DNA of 64,000 nucleotides from the IMG/VR virus record IMGVR_UViG_3300023296_000800. The stretch is one strand, 5' to 3'. Origin of the DNA: a virus. The stretch's first letter is position 1; each line of letters begins with the position of its first letter. Position numbers and translations under genes: made by a program. The notes beneath the pieces are model-generated. The model saw nothing but the letters and a program-made list of their open reading frames with translations. It did not search any database and was not told the DNA's origin. Shown one piece after another: positions 10,192-20,034 of the stretch.

Positions 10192-10787
10192 TGCGATTTA
10201 ACGAATTCAAAGACCTTACAGAAAACTCTTATAAAGGTGACGGCTCGCCTGGCATGGTGATGGGTATTGCAAGTGATGCTCGTGGTGGTACATACGAAGA
10301 CACAGACCTTACAGAATACGAGCTAGACAATGAAAATGGTTTAGGAGCTGTCCCTAACAACAGTGGCGACAATCCAGATTACTTTGGTATTCGTGTAATG
10401 ATGACTCCATCCATATTTCATAGATTGGCGGCATCCTTAGGTGACTATCGTGCAGGAGATTTTGAAGGGTTGGTAAAGAAAGTTGCAGATGGTGTACCTA
10501 TTGCTAGTCCATTTTTAAAAATTACTATACCTGATAGGTGGGAAGGTGATCCACCTATCTTTCATGATCCAGCACGTGTAGATGGACATGAAGGAAGACA
10601 TCGCATGCATGCTGTACATGAAGTAGACGGAGATGTTCCCGTAGAAGTTCATATATGGGGACGATTTCAAAGCAGTGAAATGCGTAGAAGACACTTAACT
10701 GACGAGATGATCGAAGAAATACTTAACGGCTTAATCAATGAGGCCGGTAACGAATACGTTCATAACATTGGAACTCTTAAGAGATAA
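10191..10787 (+). CDS. ParB/Sulfiredoxin-like domain protein
   Basis: VDGHEGRHRMHAV resembles the ParB-N DGHHR motif; N-terminus MRFNEFKDLTE. Confidence 0.55.
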   Translation: MRFNEFKDLTENSYKGDGSPGMVMGIASDARGGTYEDTDLTEYELDNENGLGAVPNNSGDNPDYFGIRVMMTPSIFHRLAASLGDYRAGDFEGLVKKVADGVPIASPFLKITIPDRWEGDPPIFHDPARVDGHEGRHRMHAVHEVDGDVPVEVHIWGRFQSSEMRRRHLTDEMIEEILNGLINEAGNEYVHNIGTLKR

Positions 10788-10790
10788 ATA
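10783..10790 (+). promoter_or_regulatory. T4-late-like promoter, probably leaderless transcript
   Basis: GATAAATA ends 6 nt before ATG 10796; no Shine-Dalgarno. Confidence 0.55.
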
Positions 10791-10795
10791 CTAAT

Positions 10796-11647
10796 ATGAA
10801 ACACTCTGAAATAATGGCAAAACTAAGCGAAGGTAAATTCATTCCTGGATTTATGGGAGCCGATGGTGAAACTACTGCTACTCCTACAAAGAAAGATTAT
10901 GATTCGAATGATGAATATCAAACGACGAAAGCAAAAGGGATCGCACCTGATGTTGACGAGAAGCACTGGGACGGATCAAAACCTGAGGATACGATACACG
11001 AGGAATCAGACGAAGAAATGAATGACATGAAAAGATTAGCTGGTCAAGCAGTAGAGGAAAATTTAGATATAGTTAGAGATCCAGAACATGGTATGCTCAA
11101 CTATGAAAAATTCTTTGACTTCTTACGGAATATGCCTAGTAACTCTACTAGTGTTGATAAAATAAAAGCACTCATTAACACGTATGAGTTAAGTAGACCT
11201 GAAGCAAGAGATATTATGAATATCGCTCGCCTTCAACGAGTAGTCGAACATGACATCAGTGTAGAAGATGCTGAATTGAATGAAATCTCACGCTTATCAG
11301 GACTTGGAGAAGCTCGTCCTGTACGCAGTGAGTATGACGATGACGATGATGACGATGATTATGAAGACAAGTCACCAGTAACTCCAGATGGTGATACCGT
11401 CCCTCACCTGTTAATGCAACTCAAAAAAGCAAAAGATGTTGATGGTGAGTATCCTATTAAATTTGCCGATGGAACAGAACACGTTCTTTCAATTTCCAGA
11501 ATAAACGATTTTATAGGGATATACATGGCAATAAAACCACTGGACAGGGAAAAGCTACAGGAAGTGGCTATCATGAGTAAAAAGCAATTCGATAAAATCT
11601 TAGACTTGTTTGTACCTGGCGCACAAAAAAGTACTGACGAGAAATAA
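10796..11647 (+). CDS. Acidic hypothetical protein, probably virion-associated
   Basis: 283 aa; two copies of an E(L/M)N(D/E)xxRL(A/S)G motif; poly-Asp tract. Confidence 0.8.
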   Translation: MKHSEIMAKLSEGKFIPGFMGADGETTATPTKKDYDSNDEYQTTKAKGIAPDVDEKHWDGSKPEDTIHEESDEEMNDMKRLAGQAVEENLDIVRDPEHGMLNYEKFFDFLRNMPSNSTSVDKIKALINTYELSRPEARDIMNIARLQRVVEHDISVEDAELNEISRLSGLGEARPVRSEYDDDDDDDDYEDKSPVTPDGDTVPHLLMQLKKAKDVDGEYPIKFADGTEHVLSISRINDFIGIYMAIKPLDREKLQEVAIMSKKQFDKILDLFVPGAQKSTDEK

Positions 11648-11649
11648 AG

Positions 11650-11844
11650 ATGAGAGTCGGTGAAGTAACAAGTCCTTATCATCTCTATGTAGCGACTGTG
11701 TTTATTAAACAGCCAGGCTATACGGGAAACATGGATTTTACTGTGTCAGCACAGACACATTTCGAAGCAAGACAATTAATGAAACGTATGTTTAGTATTC
11801 CAGACCACAGAATAGGAAGTTTGCGCCTAGTTAAAACAGGTTAA
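11650..11844 (+). CDS. Small hypothetical protein
   Basis: 64-aa ORF filling the gap between genes in operon orientation. Confidence 0.6.
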   Translation: MRVGEVTSPYHLYVATVFIKQPGYTGNMDFTVSAQTHFEARQLMKRMFSIPDHRIGSLRLVKTG

Positions 11845-12584
11845 GCAGGCTTACTGTATACAAAATATTTTCTATCGTTCGCATCTTGTTTGAACGTATC
11901 TAACAATAACCCAAACTCTTTCGCAAAGTCGTGCGCGATTTCAAAACTCCACTCAAACACTTCTACCCAAGGCCCTTGCTTATGTTGAATGCCTGGATTG
12001 ACTCTAAAGAACATCTTACCACCTTTAGCAAGTAGTTTATTACAGTTTGCTAGTCTGACTCTGATATCTTCAAGTGAGTTAAAGTTGATAGAGCCTAAGG
12101 CTATGATTGCATCAAAGTGTTCGTCAACGTTTGCATACTCTAAGATGTCTACTTGATAGTCTGACATGTTGTTGTAAGGGTCGATGCCGATCAAGTTTGT
12201 AATGCGTTCTTTAAACTGATTGTAACCACAACCTACATCTAGGACTGCTTTAGGGTTTAGTTTGTTTATTTCATCAACTAATGCCCAGCCTGTATAATTA
12301 TACTTCTCTGTCATGGGCTTCCAAATCTCACCAAAAAACATCATAGAATATTTAACATCTAACTGATCTACTATACTTTCGATAGTTCCTTCCCATCTGA
12401 TGGGAGTTTTCAGTCCCATCGTTTCGAGAATATCTTCTTGGAACTTCGCTAACTTGACAGGAGTTATTTTTATTTTTTCTATGTCAGTCTGCTCACACAG
12501 GTTACGACGAACTTCATCATATTTTGGTAAATATAGTGTTTCTTCTAAATTTTTCATTACTAATTTAAAAATTTTACTGTTCAT
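11841..12584 (-). CDS. Class I SAM-dependent methyltransferase
   Basis: VLDVGCGYNQFK motif I, LIGID, FDAIIALGSIN, LLAKGG. Confidence 0.85.
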   Translation of the reverse strand: MNSKIFKLVMKNLEETLYLPKYDEVRRNLCEQTDIEKIKITPVKLAKFQEDILETMGLKTPIRWEGTIESIVDQLDVKYSMMFFGEIWKPMTEKYNYTGWALVDEINKLNPKAVLDVGCGYNQFKERITNLIGIDPYNNMSDYQVDILEYANVDEHFDAIIALGSINFNSLEDIRVRLANCNKLLAKGGKMFFRVNPGIQHKQGPWVEVFEWSFEIAHDFAKEFGLLLDTFKQDANDRKYFVYSKPA

Positions 12585-12613
12585 GGAGTTTTTTCTCTCT
12601 GTATTGATAAAAG

Positions 12614-12646
12614 TATAAATACTTTTGAAATTATAACACTATTTAG
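12614..12646. promoter_or_regulatory. Pair of oppositely oriented late-like promoters: TATAAATA (+, 12614-21) and CTAAATA (-, 12640-46)
   Basis: Both motifs lie in the 87-nt gap between the methyltransferase and tctA, each pointing at one gene. Confidence 0.55.
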
Positions 12647-12671
12647 TAATTACTCAGAGGGCCAAAAATTT

Positions 12672-14120
12672 ATGGAATATTTCCCCTGGCTACTAGCAGG
12701 TACAGCATTCGGATTTATGTTTGGTATAATTCCTGTCGCTGGAGCGGGTATTGGACTGATTAGTATGTTCGGCTTTATCGAAATTTTTCGTCCAGACCCT
12801 TACACTATAGTGGTATTCTCAACAGCACTTGTATGTGCCGCGGCTATCGGTGATAGCTTTGCTAGTGTGGTGATGAACATACCAGGAGCAGGCGGAAGTG
12901 CCGCTACTATGGTAGATGGCTTTCCAATGACACAGAACGGAGAAGCAAGTAGAGCATTAGGTGCCGCTCTTGCTACATCAACAGTAAACGGATTGATCTG
13001 GGGAGGACTAGTATTTGCTTTCTTGCCCTACTATGCATCAGCAATAATGGCGTTCGGTATGCCAGAGATGTTAGCATTCTTACTACTAGCATTTGCGACT
13101 GTATGTTTTGTTAGCAGTGAATACTGGTTCAGAGGAATCATTGCTCTATGCATAGGTGTTACAATAGGACTCATTGGAGAACACCCGATCACAGGTGAAG
13201 CACGATTCACATTAGGTTGGGATTATCTTGGTGCTGGAGTTCAAATGGCTCCTTTACTAGCAGGTGTATTAGCAGTACCAGAACTTGTAATAGCATACAG
13301 GAACAGACACAAGACTAAGATACCTCAGATTAGAAGTGAGTGGTCAGGTATGTGGCAAGGCTTTAAAGATAGTTGGATTCACAAGTGGGACGGACTACGA
13401 GGTGGATTCGTTGGCGCAGTTGTTGGGATAATACCTGGCATAGGTGGCAACATTGCAGACTGGTTAGCATATGCACAAACAGTTGCGATAAACAAAAACG
13501 AAAAGATTCCATTCGGTTCAGGTAATGTCAAAGGAGTCATCGGTACTGAAGGTGCAAACAATGCACAAAAAGCAACAAGTTATGTACCGACTATATTGTT
13601 TGGTATCCCAGGTGCAAACTTTGAAATCATTATCATGTCATTGTTTATGATTGTAGGATTTGAGATGGGTACACCTGAAGTCTTAGAAGATATGACATTC
13701 TTTAAGTATCTGTTTAGCAGTTACATGTGGGCACTGCTGTTAAGTTTTATACTTGGGTTATTCTTCTACAGATATGCAGTCAAAATAACGAATATAGATT
13801 TTAAATATTACTTCTGGCCTATCATTGCATTACTTGTTTGGTCAAGTGTGCAATACACAGGTTACTGGGAAGATTACGCATTCTTTATCATAGCATGTAC
13901 ATTAGGCATGTTTCTTAGAGTGAACAAATTAAGCAGAGCGGCTTTTGTGATAGGGTTTGCATTATCACACCGCATTGAATCTACGAGCGTGGCATACATT
14001 GCACTATATGATACCCTTGATATCTTTACAAGACCAATCAGTGGTTCATTAATGGCTCTTATTATCGTAGCCATAATATACGGTATATTTTTTAACAAAA
14101 CGAGGATAAAATATGTTTAA
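12672..14120 (+). CDS. tctA: Tripartite tricarboxylate transporter large permease subunit
   Basis: Highly hydrophobic 482 aa; NIPGAGGSAATMVDGFPM, IPGIGG and EGANNA signatures of the TctA family. Confidence 0.85.
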   Translation: MEYFPWLLAGTAFGFMFGIIPVAGAGIGLISMFGFIEIFRPDPYTIVVFSTALVCAAAIGDSFASVVMNIPGAGGSAATMVDGFPMTQNGEASRALGAALATSTVNGLIWGGLVFAFLPYYASAIMAFGMPEMLAFLLLAFATVCFVSSEYWFRGIIALCIGVTIGLIGEHPITGEARFTLGWDYLGAGVQMAPLLAGVLAVPELVIAYRNRHKTKIPQIRSEWSGMWQGFKDSWIHKWDGLRGGFVGAVVGIIPGIGGNIADWLAYAQTVAINKNEKIPFGSGNVKGVIGTEGANNAQKATSYVPTILFGIPGANFEIIIMSLFMIVGFEMGTPEVLEDMTFFKYLFSSYMWALLLSFILGLFFYRYAVKITNIDFKYYFWPIIALLVWSSVQYTGYWEDYAFFIIACTLGMFLRVNKLSRAAFVIGFALSHRIESTSVAYIALYDTLDIFTRPISGSLMALIIVAIIYGIFFNKTRIKYV

Positions 14121-14700
14121 AAAAGTAATGTTGGTTGCCTTAGCAACTGTGTTATTGGCTCCGCTAGCAAGTGCAGACAGTGTTCGCTATGGATATCGAT
14201 TAGATAATTCATCTGGTACAGATGGATTTGATCAAAATGCATTTATGATTGATTACATGCATCAAACTAAAATTGAAAACTTTAGAGTCGGGCTTGGTTT
14301 CCGTAGAGTTGAGAGAGATAAAGATAATCGATTAACAAATCGTTATCAACTTAAATTCCAAAATAGAAATATTATGGGAGTTGACGGTCTTCATCTTGGA
14401 TATCAAATCGGAACAAAAGAACGCAGTAAAGCAGAAATGACTGAATATGGGCAAGTTCAACTACAGTATGGTCAAAGATTTAACGATGGTGCATCAAAAG
14501 TTGGTTGGGGAGTTGCATATGCATATAGAGAAGGTATCTTCTCGGGTGATAAATCAACAGACTACTCTCATGGTCCAAGCTTTCAGTTGACTTACAAACA
14601 TAGTTGGTTATGGGGTTCAAGTATTCAATTTGATCATCAAAAAAGAACTGACGGTGAAACACGTAATCGCATAGCATATAGAATACAGAGGAACTTCTGA
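14113..14700 (+). CDS. Putative outer-membrane beta-barrel (porin-like)
   Basis: Signal peptide ending ASA|DS; alternating amphipathic beta pattern; C-terminal Phe (RIQRNF) typical of the OMP beta-signal. Confidence 0.6.
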   Translation: MFKKVMLVALATVLLAPLASADSVRYGYRLDNSSGTDGFDQNAFMIDYMHQTKIENFRVGLGFRRVERDKDNRLTNRYQLKFQNRNIMGVDGLHLGYQIGTKERSKAEMTEYGQVQLQYGQRFNDGASKVGWGVAYAYREGIFSGDKSTDYSHGPSFQLTYKHSWLWGSSIQFDHQKRTDGETRNRIAYRIQRNF

Positions 14701-15755
14701 TGATCAGGCGTTTGTTATTAGTAATATTGCTTTTGGGTATGACTACACATACTTTTGCAGACTATCAATTGGTTGTTCCACAGAAACCAGGTGGTGGCAC
14801 TGACACTTGGGCTAGAATTATCGCACTTGAGTTAGAAAAGACATTGGGTGAAAGAATTATCGTAGTTAATTTTCCAGGACGCAATGATATTGCAGGGTTT
14901 AATAAATTTCACCAAGAATTCAGATTCGACGATAAAACTATTATGGTCAGTCATGGAGGGAATGCAGAAACATATTTATTAGAACCGGTCAAGTACAATT
15001 ATAATGACTACAATCTAATTGCATTGTCTAATCTAACTGTCATTGTTGGTAAACGTAACGATCAGAACGTAGAAGAAAAGGTTAAATTTGCGGCAGGTAG
15101 CGGACAAAATCCAGACAGCATGGCTATCACAATGATGGTGTGCGGACCACAAGATGAAGACACTATGAAAGCATATGAACAATGCTTCAGAGATAAAATC
15201 ATTTATGTGCCGAGTATGGGTGGTGGTGAACGTCGAAAGGCTTATTTGGGAGGAGAACTTAACGTAACACGCGAATCTCCTGCCAGATATAAGAAGATCA
15301 ACTCAGATGCAAATGAAACTTGGTTTACACATGGAGTACTTGATTTAGCGTCAGGAGAAGTTATTGACGACAAAAACAATTTGGGCATGCTGTTTAGTGA
15401 TGTGTATGAACAACGTTGGGGAGAGAAGCCCTCCGGCACGTTCCATGATGCATATTTACTGCTTAGAAACTACAGAGATGTTTTGCAGAAAGCACTCTGG
15501 GTCAATAAAGGTAATCCTAACCAAGCAAAGCTTGAACAAGCAGTTGTGGATATGATTGCTGATCCTGAAAGCAGTGAAGCACTCATTGCTCTTGCAGGGG
15601 ATTATGAATGGATTGTTGGTGAAGCCAACGGCGTAAAAGTATTAGATTTTTTACAGAGTCAAACAACTGAAAAAAATCTAAGAAATTTAGTTTGGTGGAA
15701 CTCGACTCTTTACGGACAAAAGCCCATTTTTAAAGAAGAACTACTAGGAAATTAA
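14700..15755 (+). CDS. tctC: Tripartite tricarboxylate transporter substrate-binding protein (Bug/TctC family)
   Basis: Signal peptide; VVPQKPGGGTD N-terminal signature; IVVNFPG; lies downstream of tctA. Confidence 0.8.
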   Translation: MIRRLLLVILLLGMTTHTFADYQLVVPQKPGGGTDTWARIIALELEKTLGERIIVVNFPGRNDIAGFNKFHQEFRFDDKTIMVSHGGNAETYLLEPVKYNYNDYNLIALSNLTVIVGKRNDQNVEEKVKFAAGSGQNPDSMAITMMVCGPQDEDTMKAYEQCFRDKIIYVPSMGGGERRKAYLGGELNVTRESPARYKKINSDANETWFTHGVLDLASGEVIDDKNNLGMLFSDVYEQRWGEKPSGTFHDAYLLLRNYRDVLQKALWVNKGNPNQAKLEQAVVDMIADPESSEALIALAGDYEWIVGEANGVKVLDFLQSQTTEKNLRNLVWWNSTLYGQKPIFKEELLGN

Positions 15756-15756
15756 T

Positions 15757-16374
15757 ATGAAATATATCTTTGTTGTAGGAGCTCCAGGCTCTAAATGGAG
15801 CAGTGTTGTAAAAAACATTTACTTTAGTCCGTCATTCGACAGGAGCGATTATAGTCTTGATAGAACTTATCACCATGATGCTGACGGCAGAATGCAGTTG
15901 ATGCATCTTGGTGCGTACTATGATCCAGGGATGGAGTTCGGAGAGTGGTTTGCTGATATCGACAAGTATTCTAAAAAAAAATGCGAAGCAGAGTTTGATA
16001 AGCCTTTCTCAGGTGACGGCATACGAATAATTAAGAGCCATGTGCTCGCACATCACACTGAGTTCTTGAAAGAGAATTGGCCAGACTGCTATATCGTGTT
16101 AGTTCACAGAGATGACGATGCATGTTTGGGCTGGTGGGTTAAATGTGGTCAGTTTGACATAACATATCCTCTGTATCACGAATACTACAAGAATTTGAAG
16201 GTCATGGGCAAGCACATTGGTCGTCAAAACAAAGATATTCTCGCATCATGGAAGGAAGATGGCATCGAAGTAGCCACTAACCTAGAGTTAGCTGAGATGT
16301 TAGGTATAGACGCACCTCCAACTGGTACTTACCAAGATTACAATAAGAAAAACATTAAAGTAAAAATAATATGA
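15757..16374 (+). CDS. P-loop/sulfotransferase-like protein
   Basis: N-terminal FVVGAPGSKWSSV resembles a PAPS-binding loop; IIKSH; IVLVHRD. Confidence 0.45.
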   Translation: MKYIFVVGAPGSKWSSVVKNIYFSPSFDRSDYSLDRTYHHDADGRMQLMHLGAYYDPGMEFGEWFADIDKYSKKKCEAEFDKPFSGDGIRIIKSHVLAHHTEFLKENWPDCYIVLVHRDDDACLGWWVKCGQFDITYPLYHEYYKNLKVMGKHIGRQNKDILASWKEDGIEVATNLELAEMLGIDAPPTGTYQDYNKKNIKVKII

Positions 16375-16484
16375 CTATGTTTACCATATGCAAAGTGCAT
16401 TGGAAGCAAATTGTAAGCGTGTCGGTAGTATTACATTTATTAGTACATGAGTTACCGATGTTAATTATATGGTTACTCATATAA
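16371..16484 (+). CDS. 37-aa hydrophobic peptide (absent from the ORF track)
   Basis: ATGA overlap with previous stop; MTMFTICKVHWKQIVSVSVVLHLLVHELPMLIIWLLI. Confidence 0.5.
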   Translation: MTMFTICKVHWKQIVSVSVVLHLLVHELPMLIIWLLI

Positions 16485-16503
16485 TAAAAATTAGGAGAGA
16501 CAC

Positions 16504-17172
16504 ATGACCGAAATTAAATCTAGTTGGGAAGAATTAAAGATTAGAAGCAACTATCACTTTAAAAATGATGTGATGGATTCTCTTTACGATACAGTCGAGC
16601 ATATAGGTGTTGTTACTCCGGTTTGGTCACAAAAAGACCTTGACATTATAATTTCTGGGTCAAACAAAGCCACATGGCGCACCCGTGGTAATCCTGCAAA
16701 AGAATCTAAAGTCAGAGGAGAAGAGGAATTCAAATCAGAAGACTATGACTTGGATGTTACTGGTTACGGCAAAGATTATGTTGTATCCAATCTTAACTGG
16801 GAAGTACCATCTAAGATAGTAGACTTAGCAAAAGCATTTGGTTTAGATGATATGACGATTAGAGCGCATGTTCAATATCCAGGCCAAGTATGGAACTTAC
16901 ATCTGGACAAACTTGAAAAGTGGTGCCCAGAAGATCCAGACAAAGTAGAAAGATACATGATTCAATTAACAGATTGGCAACCAGGTCAGTTCTGGGGTTA
17001 TGGTAACTTTAATTTTGCTCATTGGAAGGCTGGTGACGTTACTACATTTAAATGGAAAGACGTTCCTCATTGCACAGCAAATGCAGGACATCATCTACGA
17101 ATTACGTTGCAAATAACAGGTGTTCGCACAGCAAAGTCTATTGCATTTGTTAATTCTTTAAAAACAAATTAA
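16504..17172 (+). CDS. Fe(II)/2OG dioxygenase-like (AspH-type double-stranded beta helix)
   Basis: LHLD (HxD) ... PHCTANAG (distal His) ... RITLQITG; strong AGGAGA RBS. Confidence 0.6.
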   Translation: MTEIKSSWEELKIRSNYHFKNDVMDSLYDTVEHIGVVTPVWSQKDLDIIISGSNKATWRTRGNPAKESKVRGEEEFKSEDYDLDVTGYGKDYVVSNLNWEVPSKIVDLAKAFGLDDMTIRAHVQYPGQVWNLHLDKLEKWCPEDPDKVERYMIQLTDWQPGQFWGYGNFNFAHWKAGDVTTFKWKDVPHCTANAGHHLRITLQITGVRTAKSIAFVNSLKTN

Positions 17173-17405
17173 CGATTGCGTTTATCTACATCATCACAGA
17201 TAGATTTTGCTAAACTACTCCCTGTAGTTTTGAATAAAAAGGGTAAAAAAGCATGAATGATTACGGCTAATCCAGCAATAATCATCTGTGCTCCGTATGA
17301 TAAGGCACACCAAAGATGATGTAGGTATGATTCTCCGAGTGATCGAGGGTGTTCAGTAAATGTGTGTCTTAGTCTACTGAAAAATGTGGTTATTCTGTTC
17401 GCCAT
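17169..17405 (-). CDS. DUF6356-like small membrane protein
   Basis: FTEHPRSLGESYLHHL...IHAFLPFLF..TGS pattern; start moved to ATG 17405. Confidence 0.65.
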   Translation of the reverse strand: MANRITTFFSRLRHTFTEHPRSLGESYLHHLWCALSYGAQMIIAGLAVIIHAFLPFLFKTTGSSLAKSICDDVDKRNR

Positions 17406-17913
17406 ATATTTTAATATATTTACCGGCAACCATATCGGCAGCCGCCTCTATTGGTGATCCAGGATAACTGCTACCTGGAGTGATTAAATTCTTTTCGCCT
17501 TGTCTAATATGAACTAATTCATGGAATACTGTTCGCATAATATCAATTAAGTTTCTGTTACCATAGACCCAAATTTCATCAGAGCCTACTTCATGTCTAC
17601 CTGTATGGTGACCTTCTTGTGCTTCTTCTGTGTCGTAACTAATTACGATCTTGGGCATGTTTTCAATCTTAAGAAGTTTGCCCATCCAGTCTGCGCCTTT
17701 CTGTGCTTCGTCTTCTATGTTAAGACCATCGTCAAACATTTCATCAGAGGCGGTTAACTGCTCTCTAGCCTTATGTGCTTGTTTAGCGGCATCTTGGGCA
17801 TTGCGATAAATTTTGCCCTTTTCGTCTACATCATATTGATCACTTTTGATCTTAGGAAGTCTATTCTCTAAGTCTTTTAGCGGGGATTCTGTTATAAAGT
17901 CTATTGCTCTCAT
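17374..17913 (-). CDS. Zincin-like (HExxH) metallopeptidase-domain protein
   Basis: RTVFHELVHIRQ plus downstream E..AD; N-terminus MRAIDFITES. Confidence 0.65.
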   Translation of the reverse strand: MRAIDFITESPLKDLENRLPKIKSDQYDVDEKGKIYRNAQDAAKQAHKAREQLTASDEMFDDGLNIEDEAQKGADWMGKLLKIENMPKIVISYDTEEAQEGHHTGRHEVGSDEIWVYGNRNLIDIMRTVFHELVHIRQGEKNLITPGSSYPGSPIEAAADMVAGKYIKIYGEQNNHIFQ

Positions 17914-17919
17914 GCTATA

Positions 17920-17927
17920 TATTTATC
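17920..17927 (-). promoter_or_regulatory. T4-late-like promoter, near-leaderless
   Basis: GATAAATA on the minus strand ends 7 nt before ATG 17913. Confidence 0.55.
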
Positions 17928-17955
17928 TCTAAAGTTCTTTTGGGAAATTTATCAG

Positions 17956-17984
17956 TTGACTCGACACGCATTAAATATTATAAT
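17956..17984 (+). promoter_or_regulatory. Sigma70-like promoter
   Basis: TTGACT-17nt-TATAAT. Confidence 0.75.
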
Positions 17985-18015
17985 AGATAAAAGAATTTAC
18001 TATCATGAGGGCAGA

Positions 18016-18237
18016 ATGATTATTCCTAATAGCAAGGAAGCAGAATTGATTATACAAGAACTTCGATACGAAATGAATAACCCAGGCAATGATGGCTGGA
18101 CACGTTCAGCCATCAAAAAACGTTTATGGGATATTAAAATGCGAGTAGACCGAGCATTAAAAGACGCTCCTAAGTATACAGGTGATCCAAACTATGAAGA
18201 CCTATATCTGATAGAAAAAATAAAAGGGACAGTATGA
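18016..18237 (+). CDS. Hypothetical protein
   Basis: The track start (17956) overlaps the -35 box; ATG 18016 has a GAGGG RBS. Confidence 0.65.
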   Translation: MIIPNSKEAELIIQELRYEMNNPGNDGWTRSAIKKRLWDIKMRVDRALKDAPKYTGDPNYEDLYLIEKIKGTV

Positions 18238-19031
18238 AGTTAGGCATTATTGGTAAGGGCTTCGTAGGTTCAGCAGTCAGTCACGGCTTTGATGTGGATG
18301 TTGAACAGTTTATTGTTGATCCCAAGTTCAATTTTAACACGATACCAGGTTTAGTATCTTATGTAGCAGACATTATATTTGTCTGTGTGCCTACACCACA
18401 ACACGCGACACAATTAGATGTTGATACGCAAATGGCTCGCGAAGTCTTAGCAGAGTTAAATGAGTTGGAATACAAAGGTGTCGTGGTTGTTAAATCAACG
18501 ATCACCCCGAATCATTTAAAGCAGTTTAAAATACTTTATACCAATTTACGAATCGTGTACAATCCTGAATTCTTAACAGAAGCAAATAGTAACCAAGAGT
18601 TTATTAACCCACACATGCAAATACTAGGTGGGGAGTTACAAGATTGTATCGAAGTAGAGCAAGCATACATTAATCATAGTAAAGTTAAGATTGTGCCTAC
18701 ATTTAAGACAGATTTAACAACTGCTAGTCTTATTAAGTATTCAATCAACAGTTGGTTAGCAACTAAAGTAACATTCTTCAATGAGTTATATGATTTACAT
18801 GATCGAAGCCAGGCCAAAACATCATGGGAGCAATTCACCGACATGTTGAAATGTGATCCAAGAGTAGGCAATAGTCACATGCAAGTCCCAGGCCCAGATG
18901 GTTACTTTGGATTTGGAGGACATTGTTTACCTAAAGATACTAACGCATTGTTATATTATGCTAAACTAGAAGGGGTCTCTCTTCCAGTGCTAGAAAAAAT
19001 TATCGAACAAAACGATAATGATAGGCCGTAA
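18234..19031 (+). CDS. UDP-glucose/GDP-mannose 6-dehydrogenase family (short form)
   Basis: GKGFVG Rossmann motif, YNPEFL, KY..N.WLATKV.FFNE, catalytic GFGGHCLPKD; C-terminal domain absent. Confidence 0.9.
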   Translation: MKLGIIGKGFVGSAVSHGFDVDVEQFIVDPKFNFNTIPGLVSYVADIIFVCVPTPQHATQLDVDTQMAREVLAELNELEYKGVVVVKSTITPNHLKQFKILYTNLRIVYNPEFLTEANSNQEFINPHMQILGGELQDCIEVEQAYINHSKVKIVPTFKTDLTTASLIKYSINSWLATKVTFFNELYDLHDRSQAKTSWEQFTDMLKCDPRVGNSHMQVPGPDGYFGFGGHCLPKDTNALLYYAKLEGVSLPVLEKIIEQNDNDRP

Positions 19032-19126
19032 AGGCAAAATCACCCAAAGTGCTAGACGTGGTATAGCTAATACTGTATACTGCATATCTAAGCATATAAA
19101 ATTACGTTCATTCACAGGAGAAATTA

Positions 19127-19387
19127 ATGGCAGTAAAATACTTTAATCCAGAACAGGTTAACAAACTTAAACAATTAATAAATGAGGGCATGGGTGTCAT
19201 GCAAGAAGTCGAAACTCTTAACGGAGGACTCGCCGATACTGTAAAATCAATCGCAGAAGAATTAGAGATCAAGTCTTCTATTCTAAAGAAAGCAATCAGA
19301 ATTGCTCACAAAAGCAAACTAACTGATACGAACGCTGACCATGAGCAACTAAATGACATTTTGGAGACTGTTGGCAGAACTATTTAA
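19127..19387 (+). CDS. Small helical protein, possibly DsbA-like dsDNA-binding
   Basis: 86 aa; ...IAEELEIKSSILKKAIRIAHK; AGGAG RBS; just upstream of replication genes. Confidence 0.5.
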   Translation: MAVKYFNPEQVNKLKQLINEGMGVMQEVETLNGGLADTVKSIAEELEIKSSILKKAIRIAHKSKLTDTNADHEQLNDILETVGRTI

Positions 19388-20034
19388 TGCCGAGACTAGT
19401 CACTTTTGGGTGTTCATTTACATATGGTCACAGTTTACCTGATTGCTATATAGGAAATGGGTGCCCGAGTGACTCTCCTAGTAAGTATGCTTGGCCCAGT
19501 CTATTAGCAGAAAAGTTAGGTTATGATTGTTTAAATTTGTCTGCTTCTGGATCTGGTAATTATCAAATTTTACTAGATATCTTACGAACAGACTTTAAAC
19601 AAGATGATGTAGTGGTAATAGGATATTCATATTTTGATAGATATGAATATTACCAACTGATTAATAGAGATGGTGAAGGTCACCAGTTATCAAAAAAAAC
19701 TAAAGATATTCAACATAGAAAAGAAATCAATAAAAGTATGCTTACCACTTTACTCGGTGATACAAATATCAAAAATAACAATCAGAGATATTGGAATAAT
19801 TGGTTATCAATACAACATGCAGAAATGTTATTGCACTCTAAAAATATACAGAACTATTCTTTTCTTAATGTACCGGAAATCGCGCAAGAAAACAAACCTG
19901 ATTTGATTGAATTAAATAATTTTTTTGATGATATACAGCTAACTTTTAAGGATTATGCTTTGGACAAAGAACACCCAGGAATGGAGACTCATCGGTTGCA
20001 AGCAGAACAACTTTATAGTATGATAGCACTATGA
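19387..20034 (+). CDS. SGNH/GDSL hydrolase-like protein
   Basis: FGCSFTYG block I, NLSASGSGN, C-terminal D..HPG. Confidence 0.7.
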   Translation: MPRLVTFGCSFTYGHSLPDCYIGNGCPSDSPSKYAWPSLLAEKLGYDCLNLSASGSGNYQILLDILRTDFKQDDVVVIGYSYFDRYEYYQLINRDGEGHQLSKKTKDIQHRKEINKSMLTTLLGDTNIKNNNQRYWNNWLSIQHAEMLLHSKNIQNYSFLNVPEIAQENKPDLIELNNFFDDIQLTFKDYALDKEHPGMETHRLQAEQLYSMIAL

